Below, in pieces: positions 38,675 to 47,939 of a DNA stretch of 64,000 bases. Both the position numbers and the translations under genes were made by a program. This DNA is from a virus: positions 1-64,000 of IMG/VR virus record IMGVR_UViG_3300050821_017216; one strand, given 5' to 3'. The notes beneath the pieces are model-generated. The model was not told the DNA's origin and did not search any database. It was given only the letters and a program-made list of their open reading frames with translations. Numbering within the stretch: the first letter of the stretch is position 1; each line of letters begins with the position of its first letter.

Positions 38675-39546
38675 CAGCCGAGACCTAGGCGTGCGGGTCG
38701 ATTATAAACTTTGGCGCGCGCTCGGCCGTCGGCCGAGGGATCGGTCGTCATCGTGATCTCCCTTTTCCGTTGGGAAACGCCACCCCGCGAGAGACCGCGC
38801 GCGGACCCGCGCGGTAGCAATCGCGGGAGGGGAAGAACCCGCCCGACGAGTACCATCGCGCGATCCCTCGCGGGGGAGCGGAACCGCCGGGTTGCTAGAC
38901 CACGCGGCTCGACGGGGGACCTTACGAAGACCAGACCGCTTCGGTCAAGGAAAGTTTGGTCATTTGCTAACGAAGGTGCGGCACCTTGCCAAAAACCACC
39001 CCGTCGCTTTACGTGAACTCGACGATCAGGATCAGGTCCGCCGAGCACTCCGGGCATGTGAGGTAGAAGGTGATCGTGTCGTTCACGGACGCGCGGTCCG
39101 CGCGCACCTCGACGGGGAGCTTCCAGCCGCAGCCCGGGCAGCGCTCGGGTTCCCGCTCCGCGGGAGGTGTACTCTCTCCCCCGGGTCGGCGGAAGGGTAG
39201 GACCGTCACCTGGACGCTGGCCGCCGCGACGATCCGCGGGCGAGCGGCCGCCTCGGCGTCAGGAGCAGGTACCCGATCGTGACGATCAGGGCCGTTAGGA
39301 ACACCCAGTCGTAGAGGTTCACCGCGCCCCGAGCGGTTGGAGGTAGTAGAGGTACGTCCCGGCGACGCTGAAGACGATCGCCGCGAGGCACACGAGGGCG
39401 AGCACCCCGAGACCAGGCCCCTCGCGCGCGAGGTCCGCGCGCGCGTCCCCCACCGTGGGCTCGACTGAACCCTCGCCCTCGTTCGCATCGAAACCACCGT
39501 CGTCGCGGCCGTCGTTCGCTCTCATGGTCCTCGACTCTAGGATCAT

Positions 39547-39586
39547 CAGTTGCGCTCGGCAACTGCATTCGCTACATTGCGTAGCG
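39547..39586. promoter_or_regulatory. Two inverted repeats (putative operators) upstream of RHH gene
   Basis: CAGTTGC-N5-GCAACTG and CGCTAC-N5-GTAGCG. Confidence 0.5.
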
Positions 39587-39588
39587 AC

Positions 39589-39774
39589 ATGACGGAAGAG
39601 ACCTACGACATCGTGCTGGGGGCGCGCGTCTCCAAGCGCATCAACGACAGGATCCTCGCCGAGCAGGATCGCATCGCGAAGCTGAGCGGGATCAAGCCGA
39701 GCATCAACGAGGTCGTGCGCCTGCTCCTGGAGAAGGGTCTCGATGTCGTGGGGAAGCGGGCAGTCCGTGGCTGA
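39589..39774 (+). CDS. Ribbon-helix-helix-like regulator
   Basis: VLGARVSKRINDRI...SINEVVRLLLEKGL. Confidence 0.6.
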   Translation: MTEETYDIVLGARVSKRINDRILAEQDRIAKLSGIKPSINEVVRLLLEKGLDVVGKRAVRG

Positions 39775-40036
39775 ACTCGCCCGATTCTACGGGATCGTCG
39801 TCGCGATCTTTTTCGAGCGTAGCGCCCGTCACCACCGACCTCACGTCCACGCGCGCTACGCCGGGGACGTGGTGTCCGTCGCCATCGACGACGGTGAGGT
39901 GCTGGCCGGCTCGATGCATCCAACCGGTCTGCGACTGGTTCGCCAGTGGGTCAGGTTGCATCAACCGGAACTCTCACGAGCGTGGCGAGATGCAGTAGCT
40001 GGGCGGACACCAGCAAGGATCGAACCGCTGCGATGA
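39767..40036 (+). CDS. DUF4160-family protein (putative toxin)
   Basis: ARFYGIVVAIFF...HHRPHVHARY...LVRQWVRLHQPELSRAW...IEPL. Confidence 0.85.
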   Translation: MAELARFYGIVVAIFFERSARHHRPHVHARYAGDVVSVAIDDGEVLAGSMHPTGLRLVRQWVRLHQPELSRAWRDAVAGRTPARIEPLR

Positions 40037-40281
40037 AGAGTCTCGGTTACATCGTCCTCTGCGAGCCACTCAAGGGTGGGCGCGCGCGGATCTTTTTTTC
40101 AGACGGCGTCGTTATCGAGCGCGCGCTGCCCACTCGATCCGTGAGTAGAGTCCAGGTCATCGACGTCGGTCTCGGTTTACGACTGCCCGGCGGCGAGGAG
40201 ATTGGCGTCTCCGAATTGCGCCGGAAGAAGCGCGGCTGCAACAGGTACGACCTCTCAACCGACGTGCTCGGGTGGTCCTGA
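40033..40281 (+). CDS. DUF2442-like partner protein
   Basis: Coupled to DUF4160; IFFSDG motif; usual gene pairing. Confidence 0.5.
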   Translation: MKSLGYIVLCEPLKGGRARIFFSDGVVIERALPTRSVSRVQVIDVGLGLRLPGGEEIGVSELRRKKRGCNRYDLSTDVLGWS

Positions 40282-40850
40282 TGGTGCGGCGCGAGATCCG
40301 GGGGCTACGACGTCGTGAGACTGGGAGCGACCTGCGAGGGGTGCTCGACCACCTCGATCCGAGGTTCCGTCAGGCGCTGCACGCCGCCGCGGGCGCGTAC
40401 CGCAGACTCGGCGTCCGCTACGCGCTCATCGGGGGCGTGGCGGCCGGCGCGTACGGTCGGCCGCGCGCGACTAAGGACATCGACTTCCTCGTCGGCGACG
40501 AGGCGTTCGACTCGGTCGGCTCCGTCATCAGCTTCAAGGCCGGTGTCCCGCAGGAGGCGTGCGAGGTGCCGATCGACAACATCCCGCCGCACGTCCGCTA
40601 CCGCGACGTCTACGAGCGCGCGCTCGACGGGGCGGTCGAGAGCGACGAGCCTGGCGTCCTCATCGCGACGCCTGAGATGGTGGGCTTCACGAAGCTGGTC
40701 GGCGGTCGCATGCGCGACGTCGCGGCGGTCGCCGAGATGCTTGAGTCTGGCACGGTGGATCCCGACGTCCTCGAGAGGCTGTTGATGGACTACCCAGAGC
40801 TGCACGAGAGGTTCGGGCGCGCGGTGATCGAATGGAGAGGTCAACGATGA
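40281..40850 (+). CDS. Minimal nucleotidyltransferase-like protein
   Basis: ALIGGVAAGAYGRPRATKDIDFLV...TKLVGGRMRD. Confidence 0.8.
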   Translation: MVRREIRGLRRRETGSDLRGVLDHLDPRFRQALHAAAGAYRRLGVRYALIGGVAAGAYGRPRATKDIDFLVGDEAFDSVGSVISFKAGVPQEACEVPIDNIPPHVRYRDVYERALDGAVESDEPGVLIATPEMVGFTKLVGGRMRDVAAVAEMLESGTVDPDVLERLLMDYPELHERFGRAVIEWRGQR

Positions 40851-41503
40851 GACTCGTAGTCGTGGAGAGCCCGTACGCGGGCGACGTGGAGCGAAACCTG
40901 CGGTACCTGGACGCCGCGCTCGCCGACTGCTTCGCTCGCGGCGAAGCGCCGTTCGCGTCGCACGGCTTGTACACGAGGAAGGGTGTCCTCGACGACACGG
41001 TCCCCGACGAGCGCGCGCGCGGGATCCGCGCCGGCTTCGCGTGGGGCGAGCAGGCGGACGCCGTGGTCGTCTACGAGGACCTCGGCCTGTCGCCGGGGAT
41101 GCTCGCGGGCATCGAGCGTGCGCACAAGCGTGGGCAGGTGGTCGAGCGGCGGCGCCTTCCTGGCTGGGACCGACAGCGACTGGCGCAGGTGGCGCAGCGC
41201 GCGGAGCGCACTCAGTGGATGTGGCAGCGCGTCGAGAACGGTCTGCACGGATACGACGTGGTGATCTTTGGGACTCGATACGGGGGAGCGTACGAGGGTG
41301 GTGAGTGGGTCGCGTGGGTCGGCGATCCCGAGTGGCTGGATCACCACCAGTCGGGCGACGTCGCGTGCGAGGAGTTCTGGAGCGACTACCGGGATGCGCC
41401 GATCGGGCGCGGCGACTCGCCGCACGCCGCGTACGAGCATCTGGTTCGGGTAGCCGGGACCGCCAAGGGTCGTGTCGCGCCACCGGTCGACGGGGGTGGC
41501 TGA
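40847..41503 (+). CDS. Phage protein with nucleoside-deoxyribosyltransferase-like N-terminus
   Basis: VVVESPYAGDVERN...GEAPFASHGLY...GLSPGM. Confidence 0.6.
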   Translation: MRLVVVESPYAGDVERNLRYLDAALADCFARGEAPFASHGLYTRKGVLDDTVPDERARGIRAGFAWGEQADAVVVYEDLGLSPGMLAGIERAHKRGQVVERRRLPGWDRQRLAQVAQRAERTQWMWQRVENGLHGYDVVIFGTRYGGAYEGGEWVAWVGDPEWLDHHQSGDVACEEFWSDYRDAPIGRGDSPHAAYEHLVRVAGTAKGRVAPPVDGGG

Positions 41504-41506
41504 GTC

Positions 41507-43002
41507 GTGAAGCACCTGACCCACCACTTCTGGCTCACCGACGACGGTGCCACGCTCTGCGAGCCGTGCGGGGCGACGTACCGCGCCTCCGTATCCGAGG
41601 TGATCGCGTTTTCCATGTTCATAGAGCGCCACCGCGTGTGCGGGCAGCGCACTCAGAAGGTCGCGATCCCGTACAGGGTAATCCCGAACAAGCCCGAGCG
41701 TACTGCCGCTCCCGCCGTCGACGTGCAGTCGATCGTCGATCATGCTGACCTGGCGGAGCACTACGCGCGCGCGTGTCGTGGCGACAAGACGCGGGCCCTG
41801 CTCATGGCGCTCGACGCCGGGTTCGACTTCACGCGCGTCGTGGGGGCGTTCGGCAACGAGGGGGTCGCGATCTCGTTCCAGTGCCTGCTCAACGGGTGGA
41901 TCGATCGGGGGCGGATCACCGACGCGGGTAGGGTCAAACTTCAGATGGGAGCGGACGCGTGATCATCGCCAAGACAGTTGAACCACCGCCAGGCAAGCGC
42001 GTCGGGCAGGGCGGTCAAGTCGAGTGCGACCACCCGAAGCGGCGCGGCCCGCTCACTCCCAAGTGGGACCTGTACCAGCGAGAGGGTGACGTCTGCGACG
42101 CGTGTGGGTGGAGGGAGGCCCTGCCGATGCGGGTGTTCAGTGAGGACGGCAGCTCGGAAGAGGTCAACGCCGTCGACTTCTTTCGCTCGGTGATCGCCAA
42201 GGAGCGAGGTGACGGGTCGTGACCAACGTCGACAAGGCGCTCTTGTTGTCCGAATGGGCTGGCGTCCACGGTGTGGACGCCGACGCGTGCTGCCCGTGCT
42301 GCGAGGCGTACGTGTGCACCGGCAAGCGCCACGAGCCGAACTGCCCGATGGATCTCGCGTTGTCCGAGCGCGGGTACTGCGTGCAGGAGGAGCGGGAACG
42401 TGCGCGCGACCACATCTTTCGCGGCGAGGCCGCTACCGCGCCGACGCTGCCGCCGAGCGGGGAGGACCGATGACGCGCGAGGTGTCGAGCGAGGCGGTCG
42501 TTGGTGATGTCGGCACCGTCGATCGGTTCATGGAGCGCTTAGCGGGGCAAGCTACGGAGCTCGACGGGATGCTCGGGAGCCTGTCGGGGATCCTCGCGGA
42601 GATCGGCGGTATCAAGGACGCGATCGTGTCGGTGGATCACCGGCAGGCGCGCGTGTCGGGGTACCTCAGGCAGACCGCAGATCGGATGCGGTACATCGCG
42701 CGTAAGGAGCGCGGCGTGCGCAAGCGCGACCTGGTGCTCGGGATCCGGCGACTCACTGAGTTGGCCGATCGTTTGGAGCGCGAGTGAGGCGCCGCCGAAC
42801 TTCGCTCGAGGAGCGGCTGGCGTGGGACCAGTACGCCGCCGCGTGGGCGGTCGCGCTGGGGTTCACCCACCAGCACCGCGAGGACGGCGAGGAGGACCCG
42901 CTGACGGCCGCCGAGTACGCCGACGACATGCTCGCCGAGCGCAGGAAGCGGTTCGGGCGCGCGCGCAAGGCGGCGCGGCGCACCGCGGCGAGGCTGCACT
43001 GA
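41507..43002 (+). CDS. Run of five small coupled hypothetical genes (41507-41962, 41959-42222, 42219-42473, 42470-42787, 42784-43002)
   Basis: Consecutive GTGA/ATGA overlaps. Confidence 0.6.
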
Positions 43003-43022
43003 AAGGGTTAGAGGTCAATACC

Positions 43023-43532
43023 GTGGCGAAGTTCAGACTGAAACCGACGCCGGTCGATGCCGTCCAGCTCCGCTGGGACACCTGGGGCGACGTGTGCGAA
43101 CTCATCGGCGCACCGGGAGGCCTCAAGGAGGGTCACCCCGAGGGCTGCTATGTCGATCAGGACGGCGAGGAGACCGACGACACGAACGGTCGCATCGGGC
43201 TCAAGATCCCGCGCTCCATCCACGGCGTGGACGGTCATGAGATCGCCGTGCAGGATGACTGGATCGTCCGGATGAGCGGCGAACTGGTGGTCCATAGCCA
43301 CGCGAGCTTCACGTCGCTGTTCGAGTCGCCCGCCGACTACGCGGTCGCCTACGAGCCGGACTGGGTCAAGTACCCGAAGCTCGCCGCCGCGCTCGCAAAC
43401 CGCCCGCCCGAGTACGGGCAGGAGCTCCGCGCGCTGCTCGTCGACGCGCGCGCCGACGCCGTGCAGTACGTCCGCGACGTGCGGGCCGACGAGCTGGCCC
43501 GAGCGAGAGAGAGCGGGAGGGGCGAGCGATGA
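43023..43532 (+). CDS. Conserved phage protein
   Basis: KFRLKPTPVDAVQ...DDWIVR resembles the KYRKKPV...GDWII family. Confidence 0.6.
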   Translation: MAKFRLKPTPVDAVQLRWDTWGDVCELIGAPGGLKEGHPEGCYVDQDGEETDDTNGRIGLKIPRSIHGVDGHEIAVQDDWIVRMSGELVVHSHASFTSLFESPADYAVAYEPDWVKYPKLAAALANRPPEYGQELRALLVDARADAVQYVRDVRADELARARESGRGER

Positions 43533-45264
43533 CCGCGCGGGTCGCCGGGCTCCCGGTGGGGGCTCTCGTGAGGCGCGACGCGATCCACCCCGCGATGCGC
43601 GAGGCGCTCGGCGCCTTCGAGGTGCTCCGCCGGTTCGGCTTCGAGTCCGACGACATCTTCTTCCACCAGAACGCGGAGGAGGTCCCCGGGCGCGAGCCGA
43701 AGGGGATGATGTTCGTGGTGCTCAAGACGCAGGGCAAGGACTTCTCGATCCGCGTGGGCGTCGTCGACCTGCCCTACGAGGTGTGGATCGAGGAGTGGAC
43801 AGCCGTCGCGACCGCCGCCGCCGAGAAGCGGATCGTCGGGGTCGATCGGATCGTAGATGAGAGCTTGGCGCGCAGCGAGATGGTGGGGCTGCTTCTGGCG
43901 ATCCATGGAAAGGGGATCCGTGTCCCCGTCGCCCAGCTGGGTCTCTCTTGAGCCAGCTCTCGTTCTTCGGCGCACCGCCACCCAAGCCACCGGCGGATCT
44001 ACCGCCTGCGGCAGTCGCGATCCTGGCCGCCGCCAGGTCGCTGGCTTTCACGACGCGGGTCACTCGCGGCTGCTGGGGCGTGGCTGTCGGCGTCAAGCGC
44101 CGGTGGACGCTGCGTTGGGACCGCTGCTGCGCGCTCGGGGCCTACCTCGTCGCCGTCGAGGCGGTCGCCGGACCGAGCGAGCAGTCGCCGCGCGCGACCG
44201 TCACCCGACTGCTCGGGTTGACCCACGATCAGGTCACCGCGTTCACGCGCGGGTTCGACGGGTTGCCGGGCGACGGTTCGGAGTGGTACCGGTACGGCGC
44301 GCGGGTCGCGGAGGAGGTCATTACCCCATGAGCGATGATGAGAGGTCCGCTATCGAGACGGTCGTGCGAGCGCCAGACCCGTATGTGACCGTGAGCCTGC
44401 CGGGCGTGCTGCTGGTCAGGGAGACCGAGATCGGGGCGAAGGTGCTGCGGTCGGCGCTCAACGGGCTGTTCGAGCGGCTCGGTGACCGAAAGGTGTCGAT
44501 CGCTTTGACGACGCTCGATCCGCCAACGTACGCCGAGGGTGCCAAGATCGACGACGGTGTCACGCTGCTGCGATCGGCGTTCGGTGCTGACGGCAACGAA
44601 CCGATGGAGGAGGCCGCGCGGCGCGTCGTGCGCGCCTACGTCAACCGGGACAGCCGAATACCTACCGCGCGAGACGCCGTCATCGAGGCGGCCATGATCG
44701 TCTGCCGCCCGGGACCCAGCTGGAACGTCGAGGAGGCGTGCGCGGTCCTGCGTCGCACGGGTGTTCCGTGACGGGGGTCGAGATCATCGCCGTAGCGTGC
44801 GGCGCGAGCGTCGTCGGTGTCGCGGTCATCGTGAAGTCGACGCTCGACTTCGCCCGGTGGACCCTCACCGAGGACCGCCTGAGCGACCCGGTCGAGCGTA
44901 GACGCGCGGAACTCAAGCGCAGGTGCGTGGAACTCGAGCGCCGACGCAAGGAGCTCGTGACCAGGAGCGCGCACGAGGTGGCTGGGGCAGATACCTGGAA
45001 CAAACTCAACGAGTACATCAACCAAGTCGACCGGCAGATCGACGAGTTGGACAAGGCGGCCCAGGACACACCATGACTCCCGCTCGCGCCATGCACCAAG
45101 ATCTATGGTCGGCCCTGCGCAGGGTGCGGGACGGTGAACTCCCAGGGAGTCCTGGGTTGCGGGACCTGCTCATCGAGCGCGGGCTCATCGAGTGGGTCCC
45201 CGGTGAGTCTGGACTCCGCCTAACGGCCAGTGGTGTTCGCGTGATACAGAAAGAGGGCCGGTGA
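43529..45264 (+). CDS. Run of five coupled hypothetical genes (43529-43951, 43948-44331, 44328-44771, 44768-45076, 45073-45264)
   Basis: Consecutive 4-bp start/stop overlaps. Confidence 0.55.
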
Positions 45265-45327
45265 CCGCGAGTGGACCGAAGTATCCTCTACGCCGTCCGC
45301 GACCGTACGTCGACCGGAGGAACCCAC

Positions 45328-45510
45328 ATGCTCAAGACCGCAATCGCCACGATTCTCGCCATCGTCGCTGTCGCGAACTGCCAACCGCCGCGCGCGACTT
45401 ACATCGAGTGCGGAAGCGGCCTGCGCTGTCCGATCAACACCGTGTGCGGTGGCGGTCCGTACGCGATCTGCGGGCCGGGCGCGTGCTGTCCGGTGAGTGG
45501 AAGTCCGTGA
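45328..45510 (+). CDS. Small secreted Cys-rich peptide or lipoprotein
   Basis: GGAGG RBS; MLKTAIATILAIVAVANC; 7 Cys in 60 aa. Confidence 0.6.
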   Translation: MLKTAIATILAIVAVANCQPPRATYIECGSGLRCPINTVCGGGPYAICGPGACCPVSGSP

Positions 45511-45644
45511 CGGCTGGCGACGATCACTCCATGGCGAGACCGGTCCCTCGATCCCTCAAGGCGAGGTCGTCGAACGAGCCTCGCGGATGCTCACTCGCGA
45601 GCTGCGAGTCGCGGCGAACGGTCGTGTAAGTCCTGGTTCATCGA

Positions 45645-45995
45645 GTCGAGGTTGAAGAACGACCTCGCTGGACTCGTATCGTTTACCGTCCGCTTGCCAG
45701 GTCGAGGTCGTCGATCGACCTCGTCGTACCGACAGCCATCGCTCTTCTTCCAGAAGGCGAACCGCTACTAGTCGAGGCCGCCGATCGGTCTCGCTGTCGT
45801 ATCGACTGCCCCAGAATTGCAGCTCCATCTCAGGTCGAGATCGACGATCGACCTCGCTGTCATTCCGACTCGTGCCGCAGCGGCAATCTACCTCTCTGGC
45901 GTGGAGTGTCGAGGTCGTCGATCAACCTCGCTGGCGTTACAACGGCGCAGGTGCTGCACGTCAAGGTCGTCGGTCGACCTCGCTGTCCCCGCGCC
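45645..45995 (-). CRISPR. Degenerate trailer block of type-A repeats (about 6)
   Basis: Degenerate GTCGAGGTCGTCGATCGACCTCGCTGTCGTTCCGAC copies at 45645, 45701, 45771, 45834, 45908, 45960. Confidence 0.8.
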
Positions 45996-46015
45996 TACCT
46001 GCCGGCCCCGCTTGT

Positions 46016-46811
46016 GTCGAAGTCGTCGATCGACTCCGCTGTCGTCGCGACACACCGCCGACGTACGCGATACGTCGGAGTCCTCGATCGGCTCCGCTGT
46101 CGTCGCGACGGCACGGCGGGCGCTGTTGCGCGCCCTGGTGGGAGTCGGAGTCTTCGATCGACTCCGCTGCCGTCGCGACCGCGCGGTGGTCGTCGAGCGC
46201 AGCTTACGGTGGGACGTCGCGACATGGTTGCGGTGTCTACGCAACTGACTCCGGCGGAGACGTCGGAGTCTTCGATCGACTCCGCTGCCGTCGCGACCCT
46301 CTGGACGGTCTGCATACCCGTAAGGGGACCCGTCACGACCCAATCGCGGCGCCGCCTAGCGCGCCACTGGCTGCGGTCGGAGTCTTCGATCGACTCCGCT
46401 ACCGTCGCGACGCGCCACGTGGTGCCGGGCCACTGGCACGACATCCCGTCGGAGTCTTCGATCGACCCCGCTGTCGTCATAACCTCTAGCTTCTTCGAGT
46501 GCGCGTTCGTCAGCCGCGTGTCGGAGTCTTCGATCGACCCCGCTGCCGTCGCGACGGGCCGGCAAAATCCACGGCGTCGGAGTCTTCGATCGACTCCGCT
46601 GCCGTCGCGACCGATGCCCAATCGGCCTCGCTGGGGAAGCCGTAGTTCGCGTCGGAGTCTTCGATCGACCCCGCTGCCGTCGCGACTTCCGAACGCTAGG
46701 TTGATGCCAACGCCGACTACAGCGAGTCGGAGTCTTCGATCGACTCCGCTGTCGATGTCGACTGCGCTGAGCTGCATCGGAGTCTTCGATCGACTCCGCT
46801 ACCGTCGTGAC
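46016..46811 (-). CRISPR. Type-B repeat block: 11 repeats plus two 8-bp remnants
   Basis: GTCGGAGTCTTCGATCGACTCCGCTGCCGTCGCGAC at 46016, 46074, 46144, 46262, 46376, 46448, 46520, 46576, 46651, 46726, 46776; remnants at 46216 and 46332. Confidence 0.95.
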
Positions 46812-46836
46812 AAGGCGCATCGCCATGGAACCCCGA

Positions 46837-47898
46837 GTCGAGGTCGTCGATCGACCTCGCAGTCGTTCCGACTTACGCGGCGATCCCGCGAAGGTTCCAA
46901 TCGTAGTCGTCGAGGTCGTCGATCGACCTCGCAGTCGTTCCGACCGCGGCCGCGCGCGCAGTATGAGCGGGGCTCGCCGTGTCGAGGTCGTCGATCGACC
47001 TCGCTGTCGTTCCGACTCGAGGTCACAGTCGAGGAGTTCGAGGGAAGAACTCGTCGAGGTCGTCGATCGACCTCGCTGTCGTTCCGACCCGCGTCTGGCA
47101 CCGCCAGCTCGGCGTTGCACTCCACCGGTCGAGGTCGTCGATCGACCTCGCTGTCGTTCCGACATGCGCATCGTCCGGTTGCCCTTGAGCAACGTGTACG
47201 TGTCGAGGTTGTCGATCGACCTCGCTGTCGTTCCGACAGTACGCCTGCGGCGGCGGAGGAGGCGGGGCGAACTGGTCGAGGTCGTCGATCGACCTCGCTG
47301 TCGTTCCGACCTGCGTCGGCAGCGCCAGCACGTCGACGTCGTCGTGGTCGAGGTCGTCGATCGACCTCGCTGTCGTTCCGACGTCGCGCCGAATGCGCTT
47401 CGCAACGGAGCCCTTGTATCGAGGTCGTCGATCGACCTCGCTGTCGTTCCGACCCTGGAAGAGTTTTCGCGCAAGTTTCGCAGGAAGGGTGTCGAGGTCG
47501 TCGATCGACCTCGCTGTCGTTCCGACGGTGCTCTTGAGCGGGCCCAGTTTCTGCTCGACCTGCTGTCGAGGTCGTCGATCGACCTCGCTGTCGTTCCGAC
47601 CTTGCGAAGTCGCCAACGCTTTTGCGCTCGCACACGGCGTCGAGGTCGTCGATCGACCTCGCTGTCGTTCCGACAGCGCGTGGACGCGAAGATGAGCGAG
47701 CGCGAGCGCCAGTCGAGGTCGTCGATCGACCTCGCTGTCGTTCCGACGATGTGAGCGAGTGAGGGGAGACGGGAACTGACGGTCCGGGGTCGAGGTCGTC
47801 GATCGACCTCGCTGTCGTTCCGACGTCGCCGCCGTGACAACGGGGGCCTCCGTCCCGCTCTTGTCGAGGTCGTCGATCGACCTCGCTGTCGTTCCGAC
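46837..47898 (-). CRISPR. Type-A repeat block: 15 near-identical 36-bp repeats, 14 spacers of 35-41 bp
   Basis: GTCGAGGTCGTCGATCGACCTCGCTGTCGTTCCGAC at 46837, 46909, 46981, 47053, 47128, 47202, 47275, 47347, 47418, 47491, 47565, 47639, 47712, 47789, 47863; orientation inferred from the cas gene and degeneracy polarity. Confidence 0.98.
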
Positions 47899-47939
47899 AG
47901 GTAACGTTATGTTGTCAATGATCTTGTAGGCTTACCGAC
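47899..47939 (-). promoter_or_regulatory. Short AT-richer CRISPR leader
   Basis: 41 bp between the cas stop codon and the first, undegenerate repeat. Confidence 0.6.

Noticed and set aside
38700-39010. Non-coding stretch upstream of the primase gene as the origin
   Set aside because: A perfect TATAAT is present on the minus strand (38707-38702), but no matching -35 box or iterons; evidence is insufficient.
47017-47052. Spacer peptide EVTVEEFEGRT resembling DUF669-like proteins
   Set aside because: Similarity is too weak, and there is no nucleotide match to the 18600-19127 gene.
45872-47840. Long ORFs (up to 543 aa) across the CRISPR array
   Set aside because: They are translations of stop-free GC-rich repeats, giving periodic peptides such as RSSIDLAVVPT; not genes.
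46016-47898. Self-targeting spacers
   Set aside because: Manual spot checks found only short chance matches (e.g. GAAGATGAGCGAG near 22866). An exhaustive alignment could not be run, so self-targeting is not claimed and not excluded.
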